A stretch of DNA of 64,000 bases from Pseudomonadota bacterium (GTDB lineage Bacteria > Pseudomonadota > Alphaproteobacteria > Rhizobiales > Xanthobacteraceae), in the NCBI GenBank assembly GCA_040390145.1, contig JAZJYY010000061.1:2732-66731 (forward strand). Reading direction: 5' to 3'. The notes under the pieces were generated by a model. The model worked only from the letters and a program-made list of their open reading frames with translations. It did no database searches and had not been told where the DNA came from. Positions 1-9,785 of this stretch are shown here, piece after piece. The translations under genes were made by a program, and so were the position numbers. Positions within the stretch are counted from its first letter, which is position 1, and each line of letters starts with the position of its first letter.

Positions 1-372
1 ATTGAACTTGCCCCCCGCAGGGAGCCGGTCGACGGCCTGCGGGCCTGGCTTGCCGGTTACGTTGACCGCACCAGCGGCGCCCATGGCCGGCGCGGATGCC
101 TGCTGGTGGCCACAGCCATGGAACTGGCCGGCCAGGATGCCGAAGTCGCGCGTCGCGTCGCGGGCTTTTTCAAGGCGATGGAGACCAGGGTGGCGGATGC
201 GCTTTCCCGCGCGAAGGCGGCGGGCAAGCTGGCCGATGGCGTCGAGCCTTCAGGCGCCGCGCGAATTCTCGTCTGTTTTGTCGAGGGGCTGCGCGTGGTC
301 GGCAAGACGGCGCCGCCACGGGTGACGTCGCAAGCCACTGCCGACGCTCTGCTGTACCGCTTCATCAGATAG
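1..372 (+). CDS. TetR/AcrR family regulator, C-terminal part (5' truncated by window)
   Basis: Frame 1 is open from base 1: ...GRRGCLLVATAMELAGQDAEVARRV...AARILVCFVEGLRVVGK, a typical TetR C-domain 'GCL' motif. Confidence 0.75.
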   Translation: MELAPRREPVDGLRAWLAGYVDRTSGAHGRRGCLLVATAMELAGQDAEVARRVAGFFKAMETRVADALSRAKAAGKLADGVEPSGAARILVCFVEGLRVVGKTAPPRVTSQATADALLYRFIR

Positions 373-443
373 ATAAACCAGTGAACGCCTGCTCTATTCG
401 CGCGCCGATATCTGGACCGATCAGTCCTGAAAGGAAGAATGCC

Positions 444-1304
444 ATGACGGCCGTCCAGATCGCCTGCGCGGTGCTGGTACCTCTGCTCTGGGGCTATCAG
501 TTCGTGGCCATCAAGGTCGGCGTTGAGCAGTTTCCGCCGCTCTTCTTTCTCGGGCTGCGCTTCCTCGCCATGGCGCTGCTGCTCATCCCCTTCGTCAGAA
601 GGCCGACACGTCAGGAGTTCGGCCCGATCGCCTTAATCTCGGTGTTCCTTGGCGGATTGAATTTCGGGCTGTTCTATGTCGGCATGGGGCTCGGTTCTGG
701 CAGCTTGTCTGCCGTCGCCTATCAGCTGAATACGCCCTTCACTGTCCTGCTGGGCTGGCTGCTGCTCGCGGAGAGGCCGTCGCTAATGACGTCCGCCGGC
801 GTGCTGCTCGCCTTCGGCGGTGTCGTCGTGCTGGCAGGCGGGCCGGGCCTGGCCACCAACGCCTTGCCGATCCTGCTGGTAGCCGGGGCAGCCTTCGCGT
901 TCGCGGTCGCCAACGTCCTGACCAAGCGCGACGGCCCGTTCGATCCGCTGATGTTGACGGGGTGGTCGTCACTTTTCACCGTGCCGCAGGTCATGTTGAT
1001 GTCGCTGTTGCTTGAACATGGCCAGCTGGCCACCTTTGTCACGGCGGACAGACGCGGCTGGATGGCGCTCGCCTACACGATTTTCATCGGCGGCATTGCC
1101 GGCTTCGGCCTTTGGTTCTGGCTGATATCCCGTTGCACCATGGCGCGCGTGGCGCCCTTCGGTCTGCTGCTCCCGGTGTTCGCCCTGATGTCGAGTGTGC
1201 TGTTCCTCGGCGACCGCGTGACCCCGACGCTGCTCATCGGGGCGCTGCTCGCCATCTCCGGCGTTGCCATGACGCAAATGGGACCGATTGCTCGACCGAC
1301 TTGA
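444..1304 (+). CDS. EamA/DMT family transporter
   Basis: ATG 444 after AAGGAAG; about 10 hydrophobic helices; 'LWG..F.AIK.G...FPPLF...LRF' EamA motif. Confidence 0.9.
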   Translation: MTAVQIACAVLVPLLWGYQFVAIKVGVEQFPPLFFLGLRFLAMALLLIPFVRRPTRQEFGPIALISVFLGGLNFGLFYVGMGLGSGSLSAVAYQLNTPFTVLLGWLLLAERPSLMTSAGVLLAFGGVVVLAGGPGLATNALPILLVAGAAFAFAVANVLTKRDGPFDPLMLTGWSSLFTVPQVMLMSLLLEHGQLATFVTADRRGWMALAYTIFIGGIAGFGLWFWLISRCTMARVAPFGLLLPVFALMSSVLFLGDRVTPTLLIGALLAISGVAMTQMGPIARPT

Positions 1305-1312
1305 ACAAGCCG

Positions 1313-2227
1313 CTACTTCTTCGGCAGCCGCGGCTTCTCGATTCCGGCGAGGTCGCACAGCGCGTCCCCCATCGCCGAAAAGTCCTTGTCGCCGAAACCG
1401 CGGGCACGGGCGGTGCTGAAGGCTTCGCGGGCCGCGGCCGCCATCGGCATCGGGACTCTTACCGCATTGGCGGCATCGATGATCAGCGTCAGGTCCTTGT
1501 GGGCGAGATCGATGGTGAAGCCCGGCTCGATATCGCCGATCAATGCCTTGCTCGGCCAGTTGATCTTGAGCTGGCCGTTGACCGCGGTGGTGCCGTAGAG
1601 CACATCCAGCGTGCGTTCGAGGTCGAGCCCGAAGCGCTGCGAGAGCGCGAGCGCCTCGGCATTCATCTGGCAGGACGCCACCGCGAGAAAATTGTTGACC
1701 AGTTTTGTCTTGGTGCCGCTGCCGACCTCGCCGCAATGATAGATGGTGGTGCCCATCGCCTCGAGCAGCGGTTTGACGCGCTCGAAATCCCTGACCGAGC
1801 CGCCCACCATGAACAGCGATTCGCCGCGGTCGGCGTGGCTGGCGAGCCGGCCGACCGGCGCATCGACAAAGGAGAGGCCCTTGGCCGCGGCGGCCCTGGC
1901 CAGCCGGTCGGTGGTGCCGGGATCGATCGTGCTCATGTCGAGGATCAGCGCGCCGGGCCTGGCGCTGGCGATGATGCCGTCGGCGCGGCTGACGACGTCA
2001 TCGACCACGGCGGAATTCGGCAGCATGGTGACGATGATGTCGGATTTCTGGGCGACTTCCGCGACCGTAGCGGCGCCGCTGGCCTGCAGCAGTTCCAGTT
2101 CAGCGACCGCCTCCGGATTGATGTCGTTGACCGTGAGCCGAAACCCCTTGCGGCAGAGGTTGGACGCCATCGGCCGCCCCATCCGTCCCAATCCAATGAA
2201 CCCAACCTTTTCCATGCGTCTCTCCAT
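1313..2227 (-). CDS. NAD(P)-dependent beta-hydroxyacid dehydrogenase, YihU/sulfolactaldehyde reductase-like
   Basis: FIGLGRMGRPMA Rossmann motif, DAPVGR, KLVNN, and WPSKALIGDIEPGFTIDLAHKDL resembling the YihU C-domain. Confidence 0.85.
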   Translation of the reverse strand: MERRMEKVGFIGLGRMGRPMASNLCRKGFRLTVNDINPEAVAELELLQASGAATVAEVAQKSDIIVTMLPNSAVVDDVVSRADGIIASARPGALILDMSTIDPGTTDRLARAAAAKGLSFVDAPVGRLASHADRGESLFMVGGSVRDFERVKPLLEAMGTTIYHCGEVGSGTKTKLVNNFLAVASCQMNAEALALSQRFGLDLERTLDVLYGTTAVNGQLKINWPSKALIGDIEPGFTIDLAHKDLTLIIDAANAVRVPMPMAAAAREAFSTARARGFGDKDFSAMGDALCDLAGIEKPRLPKK

Positions 2228-2346
2228 TTTGTTTTTGAGGGCAGGCGTTCGACCGGCCCCGGCATCGATGTCAGGCGAGGTATAGGTTTTTTGCGGTGCT
2301 GTAAAACGCTGGATGCGCGAATTTTCTCAGAGGAATGCGCTGAGGC

Positions 2347-2509
2347 AGCCCCCACCCCAACCCTCCCCCGCAAGCGGGCGAGGGGGTGCACTGCCGATGA
2401 CGCCAAATCGAGATTCCAATCGAGCAAGCCTGATGGAGCCTGTGCAGCGAACTCCCCTTACCTCTCCCGCTTGCGGGGGAGGTCGGCGCGCGAAGCGCGG
2501 CGGGTGGGG
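2347..2509. repeat. Inverted pair of palindromic REP-like elements (family A)
   Basis: ccctcccccgcaagcgggcgagggg and cctctcccgcttgcgggggagg...gggtgggg are near reverse complements. Confidence 0.75.
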
Positions 2510-2724
2510 AAGATCAAAACTCGCTATGCCCCTGCGGATCGACCCGCCGGTTGATGCGCTTAAGCCGCGCGCCATCGAGCGGAAGATTTCGTCTGCCGGA
2601 TAGCCATGTCGCAATTCGGACAGTCGAGATGACTGCTCCGGCCTACCTATCGGGCATGAAGCGGAACTGATCCGGCGGCACGTCAACGGACGTGGTGGCC
2701 GGCCGCCGCGCCCGGGAGGTCAGC

Positions 2725-3954
2725 ATGAACATTGTCGTAACGGACCGCTCCCGCGAGCACCCCTATGGCTGGGTGATCGTCGCGGTATCGACTGTATGTT
2801 TGGCGCTCGGCTTTGGCGCAGGCAGCGCGGTTTCGGTCTTCATGAAGCCGTTCGAGCAGGAATTCGGCTGGCTCCGCGCCGACATTTCGATGGCCTACAC
2901 GATGCATACGATCGGCGCCGGATTGGGTGGCCTGTTCTGGGGCAGCCTTTCGGACCGGATCGGCGCAACCAGGATCGCGTTCATCGGCGCCGGCGCCATG
3001 TCGGCGGGCCTCGCGATGCTGCAATGGCAGCACGATCTGTGGTCGGTTTACCTGCTCTATTTCGTGATCGGGGCCGCCGGCTTTGCCTGTCTGTTCACGC
3101 CGCTGCTGGCGCTGTCGGGACAGTGGTTCAATGCCGGCAAGGGCCTCGCGATCGGCATCGTCACGGCCGGCGGCGCCATCGGCCAGGGCGTGGTGCCCTA
3201 TCTGCTGCAATACCTGACCACGCAATTCGGCTGGCGCGACGCGGCGTTCTATCTCGGCTGCGGATATTCCGTCGTGCTGTTTCCGCTGCTGTTCCTGCTG
3301 CGGCCGGCGCCGTCCGTTGCGCAGCCGCTCCATACGGTGGATCGGTCGGATTCCAACCTCTGGGGTGTGCCGCATGTCGTCACCATCCCGTGGCTATGTC
3401 TCGCGGGTTTTTTTTGCTGCGTCTGCATGGCCGTTCCGCTCGTGCATCTGGTGCCGCTCGGCATCGACCTGGGATGCAGCCCGCGGATGGCGGGGGGACT
3501 GCTGCTCTCGCTGATGATCTCGGGCGTTTTCGGCCGGCTGTTCTTCGGATGGCTCGCCGACCGCACCGGCGGCCTGCCGGCCTATTTCCTCGCCTCGCTG
3601 GCGCAGACGTCGGTGGTGTTCTGGTTCACCCAGACCAGGGATATGGCGACCCTGTTCCAGCTTTCGGTCTTGTTCGGGTTCGGCTTTGCGGGCGTGATGA
3701 CCTGCCTCCTGATCTGTGCCCGCGAGGCGGCGCCGCTGCGCATGTCCGGCATGGCCATGGCGATCGTCTCGCTGGCGGGGTGGATCGGCATGGGGCTGGG
3801 CAGCTATCAGGCCGGCTTCTTCTATGACGTGACGGCGAGCTATCTGGTGTCTTACGCCAACGCCGCCATCGGGGGAATTCTCAATATTCTGGTGGTTGCG
3901 GCATTGATCTGGTACCGGCACAGCACCTCGGTGGCGCGCACGATCTCGCCCTAA
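2725..3954 (+). CDS. MFS transporter
   Basis: GGAGG RBS; 12 TM pattern; GSLSDRIGA and GWLADRTGG motif A copies. Confidence 0.9.
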   Translation: MNIVVTDRSREHPYGWVIVAVSTVCLALGFGAGSAVSVFMKPFEQEFGWLRADISMAYTMHTIGAGLGGLFWGSLSDRIGATRIAFIGAGAMSAGLAMLQWQHDLWSVYLLYFVIGAAGFACLFTPLLALSGQWFNAGKGLAIGIVTAGGAIGQGVVPYLLQYLTTQFGWRDAAFYLGCGYSVVLFPLLFLLRPAPSVAQPLHTVDRSDSNLWGVPHVVTIPWLCLAGFFCCVCMAVPLVHLVPLGIDLGCSPRMAGGLLLSLMISGVFGRLFFGWLADRTGGLPAYFLASLAQTSVVFWFTQTRDMATLFQLSVLFGFGFAGVMTCLLICAREAAPLRMSGMAMAIVSLAGWIGMGLGSYQAGFFYDVTASYLVSYANAAIGGILNILVVAALIWYRHSTSVARTISP

Positions 3955-3993
3955 AGCGAGATGGCCTTTGGTTGAATCGGTCGTCTGCGGTCG

Positions 3994-4023
3994 CTTCACC
4001 TCTCCCCAGCGGGGAGAGGTGAA
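3994..4023. repeat. Short family A hairpin between convergent genes, probable terminator
   Basis: ttcacctctcccc-agc-ggggagaggtgaa perfect stem. Confidence 0.65.
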
Positions 4024-4059
4024 CCCGGCTGCTCTAGCTCAACCTAATCTCATCGCGCT

Positions 4060-4557
4060 CTAGAACTCGCTATGGCCCTGCGGATCGACCAGCCGGTTGA
4101 TGCGCTGGGCCGCGGCCATGGCAAAGCGCACCGTCATCAGCTTGCGGGTCGGCGCCGGCAGGCGGTGCTCCGGCGCCTCGCAATGCAGGTGCGCACCATA
4201 GGCGTCGGCAACGATCAGGCCGGTCTGCCCGGGGAAGATTTCGCAGGGCAAATCCTGCGTGAAGGCGAAGAACAGCCGGTCGCAATGGGCGCGGTAATCC
4301 TGCCATTTCTGGTCGGCGCGCAGATCCTCCACCGAGGACTTGATCTCGACGATCCAGATCTCGCCGCGCTCGTTCAGCGCCACCAGGTCGGCGCGCCGTC
4401 CCGACGGCAACGGCAATTCGCTGATGCAGGAGAATCCCAGCGAGCGTAATAGCCGCGCGGTGCCGCGCGCGATCGCCAGCGCCGTCTCCGACTGGCGACG
4501 GTCCAATGGCGGCACAAGGCTGACCTCAGGATTTCTTTGGCGAGCGGGCGATTCCAT
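4060..4557 (-). CDS. mmcB: MmcB family DNA repair protein (PD-(D/E)XK nuclease)
   Basis: ELPLPSGRRADLVAL...IWIVEIKSSVEDLRADQKWQDYRAHCDRLFFA. Confidence 0.9.
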   Translation of the reverse strand: MESPARQRNPEVSLVPPLDRRQSETALAIARGTARLLRSLGFSCISELPLPSGRRADLVALNERGEIWIVEIKSSVEDLRADQKWQDYRAHCDRLFFAFTQDLPCEIFPGQTGLIVADAYGAHLHCEAPEHRLPAPTRKLMTVRFAMAAAQRINRLVDPQGHSEF

Positions 4558-4716
4558 CGGCCCAGCCTATGCCGATTCTGCGCCGGCCGCCATCAACCGG
4601 TCGCGCCGAATCAGCCGCAATTTCGCACCGGCCCGGCCTTGATTTGGACCTCAGCGGACCGTGAAGCCGGGGAACTCTGGGTTCCAGGGGACGAAACACC
4701 GGAGGAGAACAGCACC

Positions 4717-5853
4717 ATGAAGTCCGTCATCACCAGACATGTCATTACCATCCGCACCCTCGTATTCGCGCTCGCCGCCCTGCCGTTTGACGCCGGCCTC
4801 TCGGCCGCGGCGGCAAAACCCACCGTCGAGGTCGCGTTCGTGCTGGACACCACGGGCTCGATGGGCGGCCTGCTCGAAGGCGCCAAGCGCAAGATCTGGT
4901 CGATCGCGACGGCGATCGTAGACTCCAATCCCGACGCCGATATCCGGATGGGCCTGGTCGCCTATCGCGACATCGGTGACGATTACGTCACCAGGACGTT
5001 CGACCTCACCACCGACATCCAGAATCTCTATGCCAACCTGCTGGAGATGAAGGCGCGCGGCGGCGGCGACTGGCCCGAAAGCGTCAACGAAGCGCTCGAC
5101 GTCGCCGTCAACAAGCTGCGCTGGACGCTTTCGAGCGATACCAGGCGGATCGTGTTTTTGGTCGGCGACGCGCCGCCGCATATGAACTACGCGCAGGACA
5201 CCAAATATCCGACGACGCTGGCGGTGGCGAAACAGAAGGACATCATCGTCAACGCGGTGCTCGCCGGTAACGCCCGCGACACCGAGCGGGTGTGGCGCGA
5301 CATCGCCCAGCACGGCAACGGCCGCTTCATTCCGATTCCGCAGGACGGCGGCCAGGTCGTCGTCATCGAGACGCCCTATGACGAGGACATCATCATCCTG
5401 CAGCGGGAAATCAACGGCACCGTGATCCCCTACGGGCCGCGGGCGCTGCAGAAGCGCACCGAGGACAAGACGCGGCAGCTGAGCCAGGTGGCGTCCGCGG
5501 CACCGGCGCAGGCATCGGAGATGGCGAGCTATCTCAACAAGCGCGCGCAACGATCGTCGGAAGCCGTCACCGGCGACGGCGACCTCGTCAGCGACGTCAA
5601 GGCCGGCCGCACCAGCTTTTCCGCCATCAAGGAAGAGGATTTGCCCGAAAACCTGCGCGCCATGAAACCCGAGCAGCGCATGGATGAACTCAACAGGCAG
5701 ATGAACCAACGCAAGGCGTTGAACGAGAAACTCGGCGCGCTGGTGGCCAAGCGCGACAAGTTCGTCGCCGAAGCGCAAGCCAAGGCGCCGCCGAAGGCGT
5801 CGTCGTTCGATCGCGTGGTCGAGGATACGCTGAAGGTGCAGATCAAGCGGTAG
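4717..5853 (+). CDS. Secreted vWA-domain protein
   Basis: GGAGGAG RBS; signal-like N-terminus; MIDAS DTTGSM; VAYRD; GGGDWPE; GDAPPH. Confidence 0.85.
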   Translation: MKSVITRHVITIRTLVFALAALPFDAGLSAAAAKPTVEVAFVLDTTGSMGGLLEGAKRKIWSIATAIVDSNPDADIRMGLVAYRDIGDDYVTRTFDLTTDIQNLYANLLEMKARGGGDWPESVNEALDVAVNKLRWTLSSDTRRIVFLVGDAPPHMNYAQDTKYPTTLAVAKQKDIIVNAVLAGNARDTERVWRDIAQHGNGRFIPIPQDGGQVVVIETPYDEDIIILQREINGTVIPYGPRALQKRTEDKTRQLSQVASAAPAQASEMASYLNKRAQRSSEAVTGDGDLVSDVKAGRTSFSAIKEEDLPENLRAMKPEQRMDELNRQMNQRKALNEKLGALVAKRDKFVAEAQAKAPPKASSFDRVVEDTLKVQIKR

Positions 5854-5874
5854 CTATCCGAACCAGGTCGGTGC

Positions 5875-5902
5875 CTTCACCTCCCCGCAAGCGGGGGAGA
5901 AG
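5875..5902. repeat. Family A hairpin between convergent genes
   Basis: ccttcacctccccgcaagcgggggagaagg. Confidence 0.55.
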
Positions 5903-5910
5903 GCGCGCCG

Positions 5911-7518
5911 TTACCGGGCAGTGATGATCACGCCTTCATTGCCGCGCAGATCCAGCGTGCTATCGATCTTCTCGCCCTCGCGGTCGAGAAAGGTCGAGAG
6001 CAGGATTTCGCCCTTGAGGCCGGCGGCCTCCGAGACCAGCGAAACCGGCTCGGCGCCGAGATTGAGCGCGACCGTGATGGCCGGTTCTTCCGACCCGCGG
6101 CGGTAGATCAGCAGATCGCCTTCCGCCGCGATCGGCACATAGTTGCCCTCGATCAGTTGCGGCAGTTGCTTGCGCAATCGGATCAGCGCCTTGTAGAGAC
6201 TGAGGATCGACAAGGTGTCGGCCTCGAGATTGACGACGTTCTCGTGAACGAAATCGTCCGCCAGCGGCAGCCAGGGCGTTGAAGCCGAGAAGCCCCCGTG
6301 AGGCGTGGCGTCCCACTGCATCGGGGTCCGGCAACCGTCGCGGCCGACGCCGATCCCGGGAACGTTCTTCTCGAAGGGATCGCGCACCTGATCGGGCGCG
6401 ATCGTCACCTGGCGCATGCCGATCTCGTCGCCATAATAGAGCGTCGGCGTGCCGCGCAAGGTCAGCAGCAGCATCGCGGCGACGCGGGCCTGCTCCCGCC
6501 CCACCCGGCTCGCGACCCGCGGCCGGTCGTGATTGCCCAGCACCCAGTTCGGCCAGGCCCCCGCGGGCAGCGCCGCTTCGTAATCGGCAATGATCTTCTC
6601 GATCGACCGCGCGCTCCACAGCGTCGATAGCAGCGCGAAGTTGAACGGCAGATGCGCGCCGCCGAGGTCGTTGCCGTAGTAGGCCACCAGACGGTGCAGC
6701 GGCAGATAGACTTCGCCGATCAGGACCCGCGCGCCGAATTCGTCGACCACGCGCCGCATCTCCGCGATCACGTCGTGAACCTCGGGCTGATCGGTGGAAT
6801 GGCGCGTCAGGATCTTCTCGTGCGGGGGCCTGCCCTCGCGGAAATGCGGGTTCGGCGGATTGTCGCGAAATTCGGCGTCCTTGATCAAATGCCAGATCAC
6901 GTCGACGCGAAAGCCATCTACGCCCTTGCGCAGCCAGAAGCGCATCACGTCATAAATCGCCTCGCGCACCTGCGGATTGCGCCAGTTCAGATCGGGCTGT
7001 TGGGCGAGGAAGGCGTGATAATAATATTGCCCGGTTTCGGCATGATATTCCCAAGCGCTGCCGCCGAACTCCGATAGCCAGTTGTTGGGCGGCCCGCCAT
7101 CCGCGGCCGGATCGCGCCAGATGTACCAGTCGCGTTTCGGGGCATCGCGCGAACCGCGGCTCTCGACGAACCAGGGGTGGCAGTCCGAGGTGTGGTTGGG
7201 CACGAGATCGAGGATGAGCTTGAGGCCGCCGTCATGGACGGCCGCTATCAGCGCGTCGAAATCCTCCATCGTGCCAAACAGCGGATCGATGCCGGTATAG
7301 TCCGAGATGTCGTAGCCGAAATCCGCCATCGGTGACGTGAAGATCGGCGACAGCCAGATCGCGTCGATCCCTAGGGAGCGCAGGTAGGGCAGGCGGCGGA
7401 TGATGCCCGCGAGATCGCCCACCCCGTCGCCATTGCTGTCCTGAAACGAACGTGGATAGACCTGATAAAAGATGCCGTGCCGCCACCAGGAATCGTCGCG
7501 TTGCAGGATTTCCAACAT
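5911..7518 (-). CDS. GH13 alpha-glucosidase / oligo-1,6-glucosidase
   Basis: WWRHGIFYQVYPRSFQDSNGDGVGDL, DLVPNHTS, GVDGFRVD, LGNHD; true start near 7518 after GGAGA. Confidence 0.92.
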   Translation of the reverse strand: MLEILQRDDSWWRHGIFYQVYPRSFQDSNGDGVGDLAGIIRRLPYLRSLGIDAIWLSPIFTSPMADFGYDISDYTGIDPLFGTMEDFDALIAAVHDGGLKLILDLVPNHTSDCHPWFVESRGSRDAPKRDWYIWRDPAADGGPPNNWLSEFGGSAWEYHAETGQYYYHAFLAQQPDLNWRNPQVREAIYDVMRFWLRKGVDGFRVDVIWHLIKDAEFRDNPPNPHFREGRPPHEKILTRHSTDQPEVHDVIAEMRRVVDEFGARVLIGEVYLPLHRLVAYYGNDLGGAHLPFNFALLSTLWSARSIEKIIADYEAALPAGAWPNWVLGNHDRPRVASRVGREQARVAAMLLLTLRGTPTLYYGDEIGMRQVTIAPDQVRDPFEKNVPGIGVGRDGCRTPMQWDATPHGGFSASTPWLPLADDFVHENVVNLEADTLSILSLYKALIRLRKQLPQLIEGNYVPIAAEGDLLIYRRGSEEPAITVALNLGAEPVSLVSEAAGLKGEILLSTFLDREGEKIDSTLDLRGNEGVIITAR

Positions 7519-7547
7519 CATTCTCCAGGTCGCTAGTGGCGGGGGGC

Positions 7548-7572
7548 AACGCCGGGAACCCCGAGGGGTTCG
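7548..7572 (-). promoter_or_regulatory. Near-consensus sigma-EcfG promoter for the alpha-glucosidase
   Basis: CGAAC-N16-CGTT on the minus strand, about 30 bp upstream of the start. Confidence 0.5.
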
Positions 7573-7731
7573 AACCGCTTGTGTCCACAGCCTGATCCCG
7601 AACAGGAAATTGCGATGCCGGTGTGACGAAACGCCGGCCGCGGACCCCGTACCCCTTTGGCATCCCCTGGATTGGGCTTGGGAATAGCGCCCGGCCGGGT
7701 TAAGTAATGCCTGCCTGAGGGGGCGGGGATT

Positions 7732-8799
7732 GTGACCGAGTTCAGTTTTTTTGTGCGCGACGCGGATTTCAGCGTCGCTGAGATTGCCGCATTGACAGGG
7801 GCGGAGCCGTGCGAGGGCGCCGATCTCTCGCGCCGCGTAAGCGGCATTGCGCCGGTCGATCAGGCTGGTGCAACCGACCTCACCTTCGTTTCCGAAAGCA
7901 AATTCGCAGCTTCGCTGCGATCGACGCAGGCCGGGGCCGTATTGACTACGGAGCGCTTCGCGCGCCAGGCCCCCGAGGGCGTCGCGGTGTTGCGCGTGCG
8001 CAAGCCGTATGACGCCTTTGTCGCGGTCGCGCGCCGGATCTACAGGGGCTCGCTGCGGCCGGCCTCGATGTTCGGCACCGTCGGCGTCTCGCCGGGAGCG
8101 ATGGTGCATGCGACGGCGCAACTGGGCGAGGGCGTCACGGTCGATCCGTTCGCGGTGATCGGGCCGTCCGCCACCATCGGAGCCGGCACCCTGATCGGCG
8201 CCCACGCCGTGATCGGGCCTGACGTGCAGATCGGCAGCGACTGCGCGATCGGGGCCAACTGCACGGTGACCCATAGCCATCTCGGCGACCGCGTCGTCAT
8301 CCACCCCGGATGCGATATCGGCCAGGACGGTTTCGGCTATCTCTTGAGCGCCGAGGGGCATACCAAGGTTCCGCAGATCGGCAGCGTCATCATCCATGAC
8401 GATGTCGAGATCGGCTCCGGCACGCGGATCGATCGCGGCGGAATTCGCGATACCGTGATCGGCGCGGGAACCAAGATCGATAACCTCTGCCAGATCGGCC
8501 ACAACTGCGTCGTCGGCCGCCATTGCATCATCGTGGCGCAATCCGGCCTCAGCGGCAGCGTGACGCTGGAGGATTTCGTCGTGCTCGGACCGCGCACCGG
8601 CATCATCCCGCACATCACCGTCGGCAAGGGCGCGATCACGGCATCCAGGTCGACGATTTACGAGAACGTTCCCGCGGGCCAGTTCTGGGGCGGATTTCCG
8701 GCCAAGCCGAAAAAGCAATGGTTGCGCGAAGTGGTGGCGCTGGAGCGACTTGCCGCGCAGGCGCGGAAGAAGGACGACGACGGGCAGTCGGAAACATAG
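7732..8799 (+). CDS. lpxD: UDP-3-O-acylglucosamine N-acyltransferase (orphan paralogue)
   Basis: Hexapeptide repeats, IGQDGFGY, KVPQIGSVII, IDRG, KIDNLCQIGHN. Confidence 0.9.
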   Translation: MTEFSFFVRDADFSVAEIAALTGAEPCEGADLSRRVSGIAPVDQAGATDLTFVSESKFAASLRSTQAGAVLTTERFARQAPEGVAVLRVRKPYDAFVAVARRIYRGSLRPASMFGTVGVSPGAMVHATAQLGEGVTVDPFAVIGPSATIGAGTLIGAHAVIGPDVQIGSDCAIGANCTVTHSHLGDRVVIHPGCDIGQDGFGYLLSAEGHTKVPQIGSVIIHDDVEIGSGTRIDRGGIRDTVIGAGTKIDNLCQIGHNCVVGRHCIIVAQSGLSGSVTLEDFVVLGPRTGIIPHITVGKGAITASRSTIYENVPAGQFWGGFPAKPKKQWLREVVALERLAAQARKKDDDGQSET

Positions 8800-8821
8800 A
8801 ACTTTCACGAGGCGCGATTTT

Positions 8822-9018
8822 CTTCTCCCCTCCTCCCACGCGCCCTTACGCGTGGCGGGGTCGAGACGAGCGAAGCTCGCTCTCCGGGGTCGGGGGTGCT
8901 TCCGCAAACTCGTTGCCATCTATACGCGCGGATAGACCCCCCACCCCCGACCCCTCCCCGCCGCTGCGTCCGCCTTCGCCAAGCGGCTTCGGCGGACACA
9001 GCGGAGGGAGGGGCGAAG
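8822..9018. repeat. Composite palindromic element (family A related)
   Basis: Nested inverted repeats: cccctcctccc...gggagggg and ggggtcgggggt...acccccgacccc. Confidence 0.65.
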
Positions 9019-9062
9019 AATCTTTTTCTTGGCGAGCCGCCAAAAATCGGCATTGTGCGGCC

Positions 9063-9746
9063 ATGACCCAGCAAACCGAAGCCAACCCGACAGAAGCCAA
9101 GCCGAAAGCCGGCGCCCTTATCATCCCGGTCACGCTGTTCGAGCAGAACTGCATGCTGCTCTGGTGCGAGGCCACCAAAAAGGCCGTGGTGATCGACCCC
9201 GGCGGCGACGTCGACAAGATTCTCGCCGCGATCAAGCAGGCCAACGTGTCGGTGGAGAATATCTGGCTGACCCATGGCCATATCGACCATGTCGGCGGCG
9301 CCGCCGATCTGCGCGACGCGCTCAAGGTCGAGATCATCGGGCCCCAGATCGACGACAAGTTCCTGACCGACAATGTGGTGATGAGCGGCCTGCGCTTCGG
9401 CATGGCCGGCGTGCGCGATTTCGTGCCGGACCGCTGGCTTGAGGAGGGCGATCAGGTCAGGGTCGGCGAATTGACCTTCGACGTCCTGCACTGTCCCGGC
9501 CATTCGCCGGGCAGCGTGGTGTTCTACAACAAGGACATGCGTTTCGCCCATGTCGGCGACGTGCTGTTCAGCGGCTCGGTCGGGCGCACCGACCTGCCCG
9601 GCGGCGACCACGGCACGCTGATCAAGTCGATCACCGAAAAACTGCTGCCGCTCGGCGACGATGTCGGCTTCATCTGCGGCCATGGTCCCGGCTCCAGCAT
9701 CGGCCAGGAGCGGCTGACCAATCCGTTTCTCACCGGCGAGATGTAA
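9063..9746 (+). CDS. MBL-fold metallo-hydrolase (YcbL/glyoxalase II-like)
   Basis: THGHIDH, CPGHSPG, GDVLF.GSVGRTD, CGHG. Confidence 0.9.
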   Translation: MTQQTEANPTEAKPKAGALIIPVTLFEQNCMLLWCEATKKAVVIDPGGDVDKILAAIKQANVSVENIWLTHGHIDHVGGAADLRDALKVEIIGPQIDDKFLTDNVVMSGLRFGMAGVRDFVPDRWLEEGDQVRVGELTFDVLHCPGHSPGSVVFYNKDMRFAHVGDVLFSGSVGRTDLPGGDHGTLIKSITEKLLPLGDDVGFICGHGPGSSIGQERLTNPFLTGEM

Positions 9747-9750
9747 CTTT

Positions 9751-9778
9751 CCTCTCCCCGCGCGCGGGGAGAGGTGAT
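9751..9778. repeat. Family A hairpin between convergent genes
   Basis: cctctccccgcgcgcggggagagg. Confidence 0.6.
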
Positions 9779-9785
9779 GAGATCG

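Noticed and set aside
4558-4716. LexA box upstream of mmcB
   Set aside because: No GTTC-N7-GTTC or GAAC-N7-GAAC found by eye
5911-8919. 1002-aa ORF suggesting a large N-terminal fusion to the alpha-glucosidase
   Set aside because: The extension is the antisense shadow of lpxD plus intergenic DNA; GH13 similarity and an RBS start at about 7518
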